Shown here: in pieces, positions 36,498 to 46,030 of the stretch
Layout of the letters: each line of letters starts with the position of its first letter
Numbering within the stretch: position 1 is the first letter of the stretch
Assembly (NCBI GenBank): GCA_036401335.1
Contig: DASWVC010000033.1
Coordinates: 291-64,290, forward strand
Length of the DNA stretch: 64,000 nt
DNA from: Chthoniobacterales bacterium
Lineage (GTDB): Bacteria > Verrucomicrobiota > Verrucomicrobiia > Chthoniobacterales > JAFAMB01
Reading direction: 5' to 3'
Program-made: the position numbers and the translations under genes
The notes under the pieces: model-generated
What the model was told of the DNA's origin: nothing
Databases searched by the model: none
The model's input: the letters and a program-made list of their open reading frames with translations, nothing else

Positions 36498-37580
36498 TCA
36501 GAATTTGAGCTCGAGTTGCCCGGCCATTACCCTTCGGAACGCGCCGGCGTTCAAGCGTGGCGCGTCGTGTGCCAATCCGGCCCGACGGGAACTTACTTCA
36601 AACATCCGGTGCAGCTGCTGGGCCAGGGGGCCGTTCCCCCGCATCCGCTCGCCGAACTCACTCACGTTAAGTTTGCCGTCCCGCATTGACCGGATCTGGT
36701 CGAGGACGCGGTTTTTACGCTCGGGAAAATGCTTTTCGAGCCATTGAGTGAACAGGGGCGCCACCGCAAGCGGCAGCCGAACCATCGTCATGCCGGCAAA
36801 GGTGGCGCCCGCCGCGGCCGCGGCCGCGAGGAGGGCGGGGATTTCGTGATCATTTAGCCCCGGCATTACCGGCGCCAGGTTAATCCCGACCGGAATCCCG
36901 CTGGCGCGCAACCGTTCCACAGCACGGAGCCGGGCTGCAGGTGCCGAAGCTCGCGGCTCGAGTTTTCGCGCAAGGTCAAGGTCGAGGGTGGTCAGCGAAA
37001 GGGTGACCGCAACGGCCTTGTGGGCGGCCAGTTCCGTCAGCAGATCGGCATCCCGCGTGACCAGCTGATTCTTGGTGATGACAAAGACCGGGTTACGGAA
37101 ACGCGCCAATACCTCCAAGCAGGCACGGGTGAGGCCCAGCTTGGCCTCAACTGGCTGGTAGCAATCGGTTACGCCGCTCAAGGTGAGCGTCTGAGGCCTC
37201 CAGGAAGGTGCGCTTAGCTCTGCCGCAAGCAGGTCCGGCGCCCGCCTTTTCACGAGGATTTTGCTTTCAAAGTCCAGGCCCGCCGAGAACCCGAGGAATT
37301 CATGGGTTGGCCGGGCATAACAATAGGCGCAGCCGTGTTCGCAACCCCGGTAAGGGTTCACGCTTACCTCGAACCCGACATCCGGGCTTTGGTTCCGCGC
37401 AATGATTGTCCGGGCATCGTCTTCCAGGATTTCCGTGACAACCTGGTCCCGCTGAGTCGAAGGTTCGTCGGACGGATCCGCTTCGTAATGCAGCTTGGCA
37501 AAGCGGTTGACCGGATTGCCGGTGGCTCCCCGCCCGCGTGGCCGGCCTGACGGTTCAGGATCGAACGTACACCGGCTCAT
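36498..37580 (-). CDS. PA0069-family radical SAM protein
   Basis: Start at MSRCTFDP (ATG checked). N-terminal GRGATGNPVNRF, CEHGCAYCY (CxxxCxxC), and family-like length (360 aa). Confidence 0.85.
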   Translation of the reverse strand: MSRCTFDPEPSGRPRGRGATGNPVNRFAKLHYEADPSDEPSTQRDQVVTEILEDDARTIIARNQSPDVGFEVSVNPYRGCEHGCAYCYARPTHEFLGFSAGLDFESKILVKRRAPDLLAAELSAPSWRPQTLTLSGVTDCYQPVEAKLGLTRACLEVLARFRNPVFVITKNQLVTRDADLLTELAAHKAVAVTLSLTTLDLDLARKLEPRASAPAARLRAVERLRASGIPVGINLAPVMPGLNDHEIPALLAAAAAAGATFAGMTMVRLPLAVAPLFTQWLEKHFPERKNRVLDQIRSMRDGKLNVSEFGERMRGNGPLAQQLHRMFEVSSRRAGLAHDAPRLNAGAFRRVMAGQLELKF

Positions 37581-38133
37581 TTCCTGCTTTCCATTTGATG
37601 CTGCAGCCGGTACTGGCACGTTGGTCGGGAGAAACGGCGTGCCCGGCCAGGACCGCATCCACGGCTGCCCGAAGGTCCCGGCCGGTTGGCGGCTGAGCGT
37701 TTCCCGGCCGGCTGTCATCCAGTTGGCCCCGGTACACGAGGCGGAGGCTGCCATCAAACAGGAAAAAATCCGGCGTGCACACCGCCCGGTAAGCTTTGGC
37801 CACGTCCTGCGGTTCGTCGTAAAGCACCGGAAACGGCAAATCGCGGGCGAACTCAGCCAGTCTGTCCGGTGCGTCCTCAGGGTATTGCTGGGCATCATTG
37901 GCACTGATGCCCGCGATGCGCACACCCTTCGGCAGGTAATCGGCACCGAAACGGGCCAGCTCAGGTTTGACCTGGATGACGTAAGGGCAATGGCGGCACA
38001 GGAAAACCACGAGTAGCGCCCGGCCGCCGCTCAGGTCCGACAAGGAAACAAGTTCACCGCTGGTGACCTCCGGAAGTTGAAAGTTCGGTGCGGTCCGGCC
38101 AAGCTCAGCACCTGTGGATAGGGTTGCCGTCAT
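37555..38133 (-). CDS. Thioredoxin-fold (redoxin/AhpC-TSA-like) protein
   Basis: 192 aa from MTATLSTGAELG. Contains a CRHCP (CxxC) motif in a thioredoxin-like context. Its 3' end overlaps the radical SAM start by 26 nt. Confidence 0.8.
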   Translation of the reverse strand: MTATLSTGAELGRTAPNFQLPEVTSGELVSLSDLSGGRALLVVFLCRHCPYVIQVKPELARFGADYLPKGVRIAGISANDAQQYPEDAPDRLAEFARDLPFPVLYDEPQDVAKAYRAVCTPDFFLFDGSLRLVYRGQLDDSRPGNAQPPTGRDLRAAVDAVLAGHAVSPDQRASTGCSIKWKAGNEPVYVRS

Positions 38134-38178
38134 CTGGAAACATGCCACGAACCGGAAGCTTGCCAATCTTTGCTGGCC

Positions 38179-39105
38179 TTAACCCGCGTCTGCCCCAAGT
38201 GGGACATGCCAGGAGGCCGGCACTTCTAGAGGGCGGGCCACCATGATGCCGCCGAATTTGGCGTAGCGGTAAAGGTACTGGTGTAAAGGGACGTCAATGA
38301 TAACGCTCCGGGCATCTTTGGAGGCGTGCATGAAGTGGAGCGCCCCATTTGTATCGCGCAGGGCAAGGCCGACATGTTCGGTGAACCCATCCCGGAAACT
38401 GCTGCTGATGCAGATCACGTCTCCGTCGCGAAGCAGGGGTTCAACCGCCGCCACACGCGCTTTTGGGATGTGGTAGATGGTGCGGGCCGAAAGGTTCGAT
38501 TCGATCCGGCGGATGGCCGGCACCAGCTCGGGGTTGTTCCGCAGGTAACGTGAGCGGCGCCACGTGGTCGACATCTCGTCCTCGTAATGACCCGTCATCG
38601 GCACACCGCCCAATGACCTCGTCAGGTCCTTGACGAGCCCCCGGCGTTCGTTGTCGGCCAGCCAGTCTTCCAGGTGGTGAAGGCGGGAGGTAAAGGACCC
38701 GGTGCAACGGCCCCCGCGGTAACGGTCCAGTTCGATCAGGGCCAGCAGGTCATTCGGAGTGTACGGTGGGTTTTTTATTTCGAGCATGCGTGCAAACCCG
38801 AGCGAGACCTCGAAGTAGGTCCAGCAGTCCATGCCGAGAAAATCAACCGAGGGTGCCTCGGTGTGGTCATCGATTTCCAGGGTGAAGTTGCGGTAAGGCG
38901 TCCCTTGTAAGGCCCTGCCGACGGCGGCCGTGCGTTCTCCCAAGGGCAGCACCCGCCAGTTTTCCTGGTCCGCCCGCCGGACCAGACCGGCAAACACGGA
39001 ATCACCTCGGAACACGGTGGCAAACGGCAGGGGCGCGGCGAAGAGGAAAGTTGACGGAATCAGGAGGCACGACAACGCGGACCAGACGGCTAAGATCAAA
39101 CGCAT
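38179..39105 (-). CDS. DUF1460 domain protein (N-acetylmuramoyl-L-alanine amidase-like), secreted
   Basis: Signal peptide MRLILAVWSALSCLLIPSTFLFA, with DCWTYFE and HVGLAL motif regions. The upstream 200 codons of the 509-aa track ORF are antisense to the YqeY gene and were rejected. Confidence 0.75.
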   Translation of the reverse strand: MRLILAVWSALSCLLIPSTFLFAAPLPFATVFRGDSVFAGLVRRADQENWRVLPLGERTAAVGRALQGTPYRNFTLEIDDHTEAPSVDFLGMDCWTYFEVSLGFARMLEIKNPPYTPNDLLALIELDRYRGGRCTGSFTSRLHHLEDWLADNERRGLVKDLTRSLGGVPMTGHYEDEMSTTWRRSRYLRNNPELVPAIRRIESNLSARTIYHIPKARVAAVEPLLRDGDVICISSSFRDGFTEHVGLALRDTNGALHFMHASKDARSVIIDVPLHQYLYRYAKFGGIMVARPLEVPASWHVPLGADAG

Positions 39106-39270
39106 GGCTTGAGCGGTCGAAGGCAAGAGTGAACGCGAGTCACTTCGCTTCATCGGCAGAACGGCGGCGCGCTTTAACCCGCGTTCGCCTGATCTTTCTG
39201 GTAAGGTTAGGGGCTGCCCCGGCTCCCAGCCCGCCTTGCGAAAGGCCCGAAGTCGCCTACACTCGTCCAC

Positions 39271-39723
39271 ATGACCATCCAGGAGCGGGTCGACCACGAC
39301 CTCAAGGAAGCGATGCGCGCCAGGGATGCCGGCCGGCTGTCGGTGTTGCGCCTGGCCAAAGCGGCGTTGATGAACGCCGCCATCGAAAAGCATGGGGCAG
39401 CCGGCAAACTTGCCGAGGCTGAGGCGTTGGCGGTGCTCCGCAAACAAGTCAAACAACGTCACGATGCCATCGCCAGCTTTGAGCAGGGCGGACGTCCTGA
39501 GTTGGCGGAAAAGGAGAAGAAGGAACTTGATTATTTGGCCGAATACCTGCCCACCCCCTTGAGCGAAGCACAGGTCGAGGAGTTGGTCCGAAGCGTGATC
39601 AATCGGGTAGGCGCTACCTCCAAGGCGCAATTGGGTCAGGTCATGAAAGCCGCTTCGGAACAGGCGGCGGGCCGTGCGGACGGTAAGGCGCTCAACCGGG
39701 TGGCGCAAAAGTTGTTAGGCTGA
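39271..39723 (+). CDS. GatB/YqeY domain protein
   Basis: 150 aa. MTIQERVDHDLKEAMRARD...LSVLRL.KAA... is the typical YqeY pattern. Confidence 0.88.
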   Translation: MTIQERVDHDLKEAMRARDAGRLSVLRLAKAALMNAAIEKHGAAGKLAEAEALAVLRKQVKQRHDAIASFEQGGRPELAEKEKKELDYLAEYLPTPLSEAQVEELVRSVINRVGATSKAQLGQVMKAASEQAAGRADGKALNRVAQKLLG

Positions 39724-39815
39724 AGCTCCTGGGTCGGTCGGTGTGCAGAGGTGCAGGCTTTTGGCGGGTGGACGGCGGTCATGCGCCCGGTCCCCCCGGG
39801 GTAACGGCGTTGTGT

Positions 39816-40520
39816 ATGTTAAATGTAAGTGCAATCGTGGTCGCGGCGGGAAGCAGTCGGCGCATGGGCTTTGACAAATTGCTTGTCCCGATCTCAGGGC
39901 GTTCCGTTTTGCTGCATTCCCTGGACCGGTTTGAGGCCTGCCCCGCCGTTGGCGAAATCGTTCTGGTGCTCCACCCGGAGCGTCGCAAAGAGATCGGGCG
40001 AATCGTTGAGGCCGAACGTTACACAAAGTTGCACCGGGTGGTGGAGGGCGGCAGTGAGCGTCACCTGTCGGTTTGGGCAGGGCTGCAGGCGAGCAGACTG
40101 GAAGCGGACCTCGTGGCCGTCCACGATGCGGCGCGCCCGTTGGTCCGTCCGGAGGCCATCATGCACGCGATTCACCAAGCCGGTTTGTGCGGTGCCGTTG
40201 CGTTGGCTGCGCCGGTGGTGGAAACCTTGAAGCGAACCGGCCGGGATAACGTAGTGACCGCGAGCGTGGACCGTCAAGGACTGTGGGCGATGCAGACACC
40301 GCAAATTTTCCGGCGCGACTGGCTCTGGGCCGGCTACCAAACCATTCTCGCGCGGGGCGAAGTTGTGACGGATGAGGTATCGGCCGTGCAGGCGGCGGGG
40401 CATCCAGTCAAATTGTTGGAAAATCTAACCTGGAACTTGAAGATTACCTTTCCGCGCGATTTGGAGATGGCAGAAAGCTTGATGCGCCTAGTGCCCGGCG
40501 TGATCGGCAAAGAAGGTTAA
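39816..40520 (+). CDS. ispD: 2-C-methyl-D-erythritol 4-phosphate cytidylyltransferase
   Basis: Start at MLNVSAIVVAAGSSRRMG (ATG at 39816, checked). VHDAARP and QTPQ motifs. Confidence 0.92.
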   Translation: MLNVSAIVVAAGSSRRMGFDKLLVPISGRSVLLHSLDRFEACPAVGEIVLVLHPERRKEIGRIVEAERYTKLHRVVEGGSERHLSVWAGLQASRLEADLVAVHDAARPLVRPEAIMHAIHQAGLCGAVALAAPVVETLKRTGRDNVVTASVDRQGLWAMQTPQIFRRDWLWAGYQTILARGEVVTDEVSAVQAAGHPVKLLENLTWNLKITFPRDLEMAESLMRLVPGVIGKEG

Positions 40521-40542
40521 TCCGTAGTTCTTTTTTGCACCC

Positions 40543-41820
40543 GTGACGCAGTACCAGACTACCACCCTAGCCAACGGCGTTCGCATTGCCACACGCGAAA
40601 TGCCGCAAATGAAAAGTGTGAGTGTCGGCCTCTGGGTTGGCGTCGGCGGCCGTCATGAGCCGGAGAGCCATTGCGGCATTTCCCATTTTCTTGAACACCT
40701 CCTCTTCAAGGGAACTCAGCGTCGGTCGTCCCGGCAGATTACGGAGCAAGTAGAAGGTCTGGGCGGCTTTATCAATGCGTTTACGACGGAGGACCACACC
40801 TGTTTCTACGCCAAAGCCGGAGCCCAGCATTTACCGGTGCTGGCCGATGTGCTCTGCGACATGTACCAACAATCGGTGCTGGCTGAGCACGAAATCGAGC
40901 GCGAGCGCGACGTGATTCGTGAGGAAATCCTGATGTACCGGGACCAGCCGTCCCAATTTTCCCAGGAACTCCTTTCCGAGGTCATGTGGCCTGACCATGC
41001 CCTTGGCCGTCCGCTGACGGGTTCAGTTGCATCAATTGGCCGGATTGGCCGAGCGGACCTGGTTGACTACATCGGCCGCAATTACAACGGCAGTACCACC
41101 GTGATTACCGTGGCCGGGCAGTGCGTGCACGAACGTGTCGTGGCCGAGTTCGGTCCACGGTTGGAAAAGCTGGCCGCAGGCAGCGTCCCGGATCCGCAGC
41201 CTTGGTCCGAGGTGGCCCCCCGGTTATCTCGCTTATCCCTCGCGCCGCACGAAACTGAGCAGACCCACCTCGCGATTGGTTACCATGCCATGAGCCGCAC
41301 CGATGAACGTCGGCATGCGCTTAAACTGCTCAGCGTGATCCTGGGCGAGAACATGAGTTCACGCCTGTTTCAGCAATTACGGGAACGCTACGCCTACTGT
41401 TACTCCATCCAGAGCGGCACTTTGGTGCTCGAAGATTCCGGTCTCCTCAACATCTGCGTCGGCCTTGAGCCGCGCAAACTCCGGAACGCGCTGCGGGCCA
41501 TCGGCCGCGAACTGCAGAAACTGCGAAGCCATGCCCCCTCCCGCAAAGAGCTTCGGCAAGCCCAGGAGTACACCGTTGGTCAGAATGAGCTGAGCTTGGA
41601 AAGCACCACCAACCAGGTCATGTGGATGGGGGAATCAATGATTGCCTACGGAACGGTGATCGATCCGGACCAAGTCCAAACAAAATTGAAAGGGGTGACG
41701 CCGGAGATGGTGCAGGAAGTGGCCCAACTCTGTTTCGATCCCGATCGCCTCGGAATCGCGGTGGTGGGCCGGGTTGACCGGAACCGTTTGGAAAAATGGG
41801 TTGGAGAAATCGGGTTTTAG
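40543..41820 (+). CDS. M16 family (pitrilysin-like) zinc peptidase
   Basis: 425 aa with GTG start. HFLEHLLFKGT (the HxxEH inverted zinc motif). Confidence 0.88.
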   Translation: MTQYQTTTLANGVRIATREMPQMKSVSVGLWVGVGGRHEPESHCGISHFLEHLLFKGTQRRSSRQITEQVEGLGGFINAFTTEDHTCFYAKAGAQHLPVLADVLCDMYQQSVLAEHEIERERDVIREEILMYRDQPSQFSQELLSEVMWPDHALGRPLTGSVASIGRIGRADLVDYIGRNYNGSTTVITVAGQCVHERVVAEFGPRLEKLAAGSVPDPQPWSEVAPRLSRLSLAPHETEQTHLAIGYHAMSRTDERRHALKLLSVILGENMSSRLFQQLRERYAYCYSIQSGTLVLEDSGLLNICVGLEPRKLRNALRAIGRELQKLRSHAPSRKELRQAQEYTVGQNELSLESTTNQVMWMGESMIAYGTVIDPDQVQTKLKGVTPEMVQEVAQLCFDPDRLGIAVVGRVDRNRLEKWVGEIGF

Positions 41821-41872
41821 AGGGCCCGGCGTGCACCGAGCCAGCCCGGCCTTTTCGGAAACCCCTTCCTGT

Positions 41873-43228
41873 TTAGTTGTGAATGACGGTTCCCAGGGCC
41901 AGCACCGCGGCCAGGCCGAGCACCGAGAGCAACGTCTCCATCGCCGTCCAGGATTTGAAGGTGTCGCCCATGCTCAGCCCGAAAAACTCTTTTACCAGCC
42001 AGAAACCTGCGTCGTTCACGTGGGAGAGGATGATCGAGCCAGAACCGGTCGCCAACACCATGAGCTCGCGACTGACCGTGGGCTGAGCGTCAAGCAGAGG
42101 GCTGGCAATGCCAGCGCCGGTAATCATCGCAACCGTAGCGGAACCGGTTGCCACCCGCACCACCGCAGCGGCCAGCCAAGCCAGCAGAAGGGGAGAGACG
42201 TGGGCCTGGGCGGACGCCCTGGCGATCAGATCACCAATTTTCGTGGCGATGAGCATCTGTTTGAAACCGCCGCCGGCTCCCACGATGAGCACCACGGCCG
42301 CGATCGGTTCAAGGCTTTTGCCCAGCAATCCTTGAAGGTCTCCCATGGAACGGCCCTCGCGCAGGCCGAGGGCGACAATGGCGAACAGCAAGGCAAGGAG
42401 CAGGGCGATAATCGGGTCGCCAATGAAGTCGATCACCTCTTTGATGGCGGGGGGCGGGTTAAGGCCGTCGGCGAGCGACCGGCCCATCATCAACGCCGGG
42501 GGCAGCAGGATGGCCGTAAGGACTGCCGCCAAGCCCGGCGATTGGGCCGGATGCGCGGCGGTTGGCTCACCGCGCTCCGAACCTTGCGTTCGCGCATCTG
42601 CCGACGCTCGCAGAAAGGGAGCTGCGATCAGCGCATAGCCCGGGCCGGCGACAAGACCCACGGGTAAACCGACCAGAATGCCATAGAAAATCGTTTTGCC
42701 GACGTCGGCGTGAAAAGTCGCGGCCGCCAGGGTCGGGGCCGGGTGGGGCGGGACAAGGGCGTGGGCGACCGACAGACCCGCCAGGAGCGGCAGACCCACA
42801 ACCAAAATGGGGGCCTTAATCTGGCGGGCAACGGCGAATGCCAACGGCACCAGCAGCACGAACCCCACCTCGAAAAACAATGGCAGGCCGATCAACAGCG
42901 CGGTGAAAAAAATCGTCCAGGGGACCCAGCGAGGACCTCCGAGCGAAACCAATGCATTGGCTAGCCGGTCGGCTCCCCCGGACGCGACGAGCAAACCGCC
43001 AAGCATGGTGCCCAGCCCGATAACGATTCCCACAAAGGCCAGCACGTCGCCAAACCCCTTTTCAAAGTTCTTCGTCACCTCGTCCGGAGGCAGACCCGCA
43101 AATAATCCCAGGAAAAGGGAGGCCGCGATAAGGGCGAGGAAAGGGTGCACCTTAAACCGGGTCACCAGAAGAATCAGCAGGAGAATCGCCAGGACGGCGG
43201 CAACAACACGGGTGAGGTCGGGGGACAT
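41873..43228 (-). CDS. GntP family gluconate:H+ symporter
   Basis: 451 aa polytopic protein with full-length GntP-family pattern. Confidence 0.9.
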   Translation of the reverse strand: MSPDLTRVVAAVLAILLLILLVTRFKVHPFLALIAASLFLGLFAGLPPDEVTKNFEKGFGDVLAFVGIVIGLGTMLGGLLVASGGADRLANALVSLGGPRWVPWTIFFTALLIGLPLFFEVGFVLLVPLAFAVARQIKAPILVVGLPLLAGLSVAHALVPPHPAPTLAAATFHADVGKTIFYGILVGLPVGLVAGPGYALIAAPFLRASADARTQGSERGEPTAAHPAQSPGLAAVLTAILLPPALMMGRSLADGLNPPPAIKEVIDFIGDPIIALLLALLFAIVALGLREGRSMGDLQGLLGKSLEPIAAVVLIVGAGGGFKQMLIATKIGDLIARASAQAHVSPLLLAWLAAAVVRVATGSATVAMITGAGIASPLLDAQPTVSRELMVLATGSGSIILSHVNDAGFWLVKEFFGLSMGDTFKSWTAMETLLSVLGLAAVLALGTVIHN

Positions 43229-43330
43229 GCGACGAGTTTAGCAGGCCTGCCGGCCGCGTAAAAGGGTGGATCCCACGCGCTAAAACACCGGCGAAGCGCG
43301 CGTCCGGGGCGCGCGGTGCGCGCACCGGTT

Positions 43331-43852
43331 TCAACCAGCTTTAAGGCCGAGTTTTTGGTCCGCGAGCTTGATAACGTCCTGAACCACCTCCTCCGGCGGC
43401 CGGTTTTCGTCGATCACAAACGCCTCATCTGCCTGCGGCTCTTCCAATGTGGCGAACTGGCTGTCCAACAACGCCTGGTTGAAAAAGTGCCCTGTGCGTG
43501 ATGCCAGTCGTCTGGCCACGACGTCGTGGTCGACCTTAAGGTAAAAAAAGTAAATGTTTGGCAAACCAGCCTTTAGGATCTCGCGGTACGCCCGTTTCAA
43601 CGCCGAGCAGGCGAGCACGCAGGAACGGCCGGCGTCCAGTTCCTGGCGCAGCGCCTCGTGCAGGTTGGCGAGCCAGCCGCTACGGTCCTCGTCGGTAAGG
43701 GGAATGCCGCGGTGCATCTTGTCTTTGTTGGCGGCGGAATGGTAGTCGTCGGCGTCGAGAAACTTGAGATTCAAGCGGCGGGCAACTTCGGTGCCGGTCT
43801 CCGACTTCCCGGAACCGGACACCCCGATGATGATAAGGGCGGCATTCGTCAT
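43331..43852 (-). CDS. gntK: Gluconokinase (thermoresistant GntK type)
   Basis: Start at MTNAALIIIGVSGSGKSETG (ATG checked). FLDADDYH and ACSALK motifs. Confidence 0.88.
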   Translation of the reverse strand: MTNAALIIIGVSGSGKSETGTEVARRLNLKFLDADDYHSAANKDKMHRGIPLTDEDRSGWLANLHEALRQELDAGRSCVLACSALKRAYREILKAGLPNIYFFYLKVDHDVVARRLASRTGHFFNQALLDSQFATLEEPQADEAFVIDENRPPEEVVQDVIKLADQKLGLKAG

Positions 43853-44019
43853 GACAGCTGTTCGCGCGCAGAAGCAGCTGCGGTCAGGCGAAAGGGAGCT
43901 TTGGTCGAAACGGCTGGCCGGAGGCCTGGAAGAACGGGTCGGCGGGTCCGGTAGGGCGGCGAGTCCCTTCGCCGCCGGGGTATGCGGGTGGAAGAAGGCG
44001 GAGGCGTGCCGGGGCAAAT

Positions 44020-44988
44020 TCAACCGTGGCCGATTCCCGAACGCCGGGAGATCAGTTTCTGCAGAACGATAAACACCAGCAGCAAACCGCCGATCACGAT
44101 GCGCGTCCACCAGCTGTTAAGCGAACCGTTGAACGTGATCAAGGTCTGGATCAAACCGAGGATCAACACTCCCATCAGCGTTCCCGGTAAAAAACCGACG
44201 CCTCCGGTCAAGAGGGTGCCGCCGATAACCACGGCCGCAATCGCGTCGAGTTCCAGGCCCACAAACGAGGCCGGGTTGCCGGATTGCATGTAGAAGGTGG
44301 AGACAATGCCGGCCAGCGCCGAGAAAAAGCCGGCCAGCGCGTAGGTCCCCATCTTGGTGGCTCCGATCGGCAGGCCCATTAGCCGGGCGGAGGTTTCGTT
44401 TGAGCCGATTGCGTAAACGTTGCGGCCGAACCGGGTGAACGCGGCGAGGTACGTTCCCGCCACCGTCGCCAGGAGGAAGCAGATGGCCGTGAACGGCAGC
44501 ACCGCTTTCGGCGCCACGACAACGGAAAGCTGAGGCAGCAACGCGGCATAGAAAGGGTGCTCGATCGGAATGGATTCGCGGTAAACGACGAAGCTGAAAC
44601 CACGCAGAAGGAACAGCCCGGCCAGCGTGACCAGGAACGGAGGCAGTTCAAAAAAATGGATCAAAGCTCCCATCAACGCGCCTCCGCAGGTGCCAATGGC
44701 CAGGGCGCTCAGCATCGTCCAAACCGGATCGCAGCCGAGTTGAAGCAGCTTGGCGATGTAGATGCCGGTGAACGCGATGGACGAGCCCACCGAAAGATCG
44801 ATCCCGCCGGAAAGGATGACAAACGTTGCCCCGATCGCGGCGATGCCCAGGAACGCATTATCCCCGAGCAGGTTCACCAGCACCCTCGCGGTACCAAAAG
44901 CAGGGTAAAGGCAGCAGCCGACCGCATACAACCCAAGCAGGACCACCGCGGTAGCGGCCAGGGGCACGTATTTAGGGTTTATGCTCAT
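44020..44988 (-). CDS. Sugar ABC transporter permease (YjfF-like)
   Basis: 322 aa of the ribose/galactofuranose-type permease family. It overlaps the upstream permease by 17 nt. Confidence 0.88.
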   Translation of the reverse strand: MSINPKYVPLAATAVVLLGLYAVGCCLYPAFGTARVLVNLLGDNAFLGIAAIGATFVILSGGIDLSVGSSIAFTGIYIAKLLQLGCDPVWTMLSALAIGTCGGALMGALIHFFELPPFLVTLAGLFLLRGFSFVVYRESIPIEHPFYAALLPQLSVVVAPKAVLPFTAICFLLATVAGTYLAAFTRFGRNVYAIGSNETSARLMGLPIGATKMGTYALAGFFSALAGIVSTFYMQSGNPASFVGLELDAIAAVVIGGTLLTGGVGFLPGTLMGVLILGLIQTLITFNGSLNSWWTRIVIGGLLLVFIVLQKLISRRSGIGHG

Positions 44989-46030
44989 GCCAGGTCAGGC
45001 TGCGCGGAACCAGCTTCCGCAAGCGTTCACGGAAACTTGCGCTCTGCATCAGGCAGACCGCAACAATGACCAGCGCCTTCGGCACCGGAGAGATGTCAGC
45101 GCTGATGTTTCGCGCGTAGAGGGTCGTTGTGAGCGTCTGGATGAAGAGGGCGCCGATAACCGCGCCGACCAGGTAGAAACGTCCGCCAACCAGGGACGTG
45201 CCGCCGACCACCACCGCCAGGATCGCGTCCAGTTCCAGGTAAAGCCCGATGTTGTTGGCGTCCGCACTTTTGATGTTTGACGAGGCGATCAGTCCGGCCA
45301 GACCCGCGCAGAATCCGGAAAAGGTGTACACCATGAATTTGACCTGGCGGGCGTTGATGCCGGCGTAACGGCTGGCGCGGTCATTGTCTCCGACGGATTC
45401 GATGAACAGGCCCAGCGCCGTGCGCCGGACCAGCCCGTACGTCAGCAGCAGCATGACGATGACCAGCGTCAACGTGAACGGCAGTCCGAACAAATGTCCG
45501 TTTCCCAGAAAAACCATCAACGGGTCCCCGAAGTTAATGATTTGACCTTCGGTGACCAGTTGGGCCACCCCGCGCCCTGCCACCATCAGGATCAGGGTTG
45601 CCACAATGGGTTGGACACCGAACCCGGCGACCAGCAACCCGTTCCAGGCCCCGGCCAGGATCGAGGCCCCGAGCGCAACGGCGATCGCCGCCCAAGCCGA
45701 CGGGGCCGATGTGACCACCAGCCGCGCCGCCACTGCACTCGAAATTGCCATGACCGCGCCCACCGACAGGTCTACCCCGCCGGTGGAGATGACCAGGACC
45801 ATCCCCAGCGACAGGAGCATCACCTTTGCCCCCTGGTTCAGGATATCGATGCGCGACCCGTACAAATGGCCGTCCAACACCTGCAAACGAAAAAAGCCGG
45901 GAGTAAAGAACTGGTTAAACAGCAGCAACGCTCCCAGGGCGGCCAACGGCCACACGATCTTCTGTCGTCGCACCAGGAACAAAATGGCCGCAAAGACCAG
46001 CCAGAAGCCCGCATCCATCAACCAACTCAC
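44972..46030 (-). CDS. Sugar ABC transporter permease (YtfT-like)
   Basis: 352 aa of the same permease family. It overlaps the ATPase stop by 4 nt. Confidence 0.88.
   Translation of the reverse strand: MSWLMDAGFWLVFAAILFLVRRQKIVWPLAALGALLLFNQFFTPGFFRLQVLDGHLYGSRIDILNQGAKVMLLSLGMVLVISTGGVDLSVGAVMAISSAVAARLVVTSAPSAWAAIAVALGASILAGAWNGLLVAGFGVQPIVATLILMVAGRGVAQLVTEGQIINFGDPLMVFLGNGHLFGLPFTLTLVIVMLLLTYGLVRRTALGLFIESVGDNDRASRYAGINARQVKFMVYTFSGFCAGLAGLIASSNIKSADANNIGLYLELDAILAVVVGGTSLVGGRFYLVGAVIGALFIQTLTTTLYARNISADISPVPKALVIVAVCLMQSASFRERLRKLVPRSLTWHEHKP

Noticed and set aside
38179-39708. 509-aa ORF suggesting a much larger DUF1460 protein
   Set aside because: The N-terminal ~200 codons are antisense to the well-supported GatB/YqeY gene (39271-39723) and have no family signal. 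A signal-peptide-bearing start at 39105 gives a normal-length protein.
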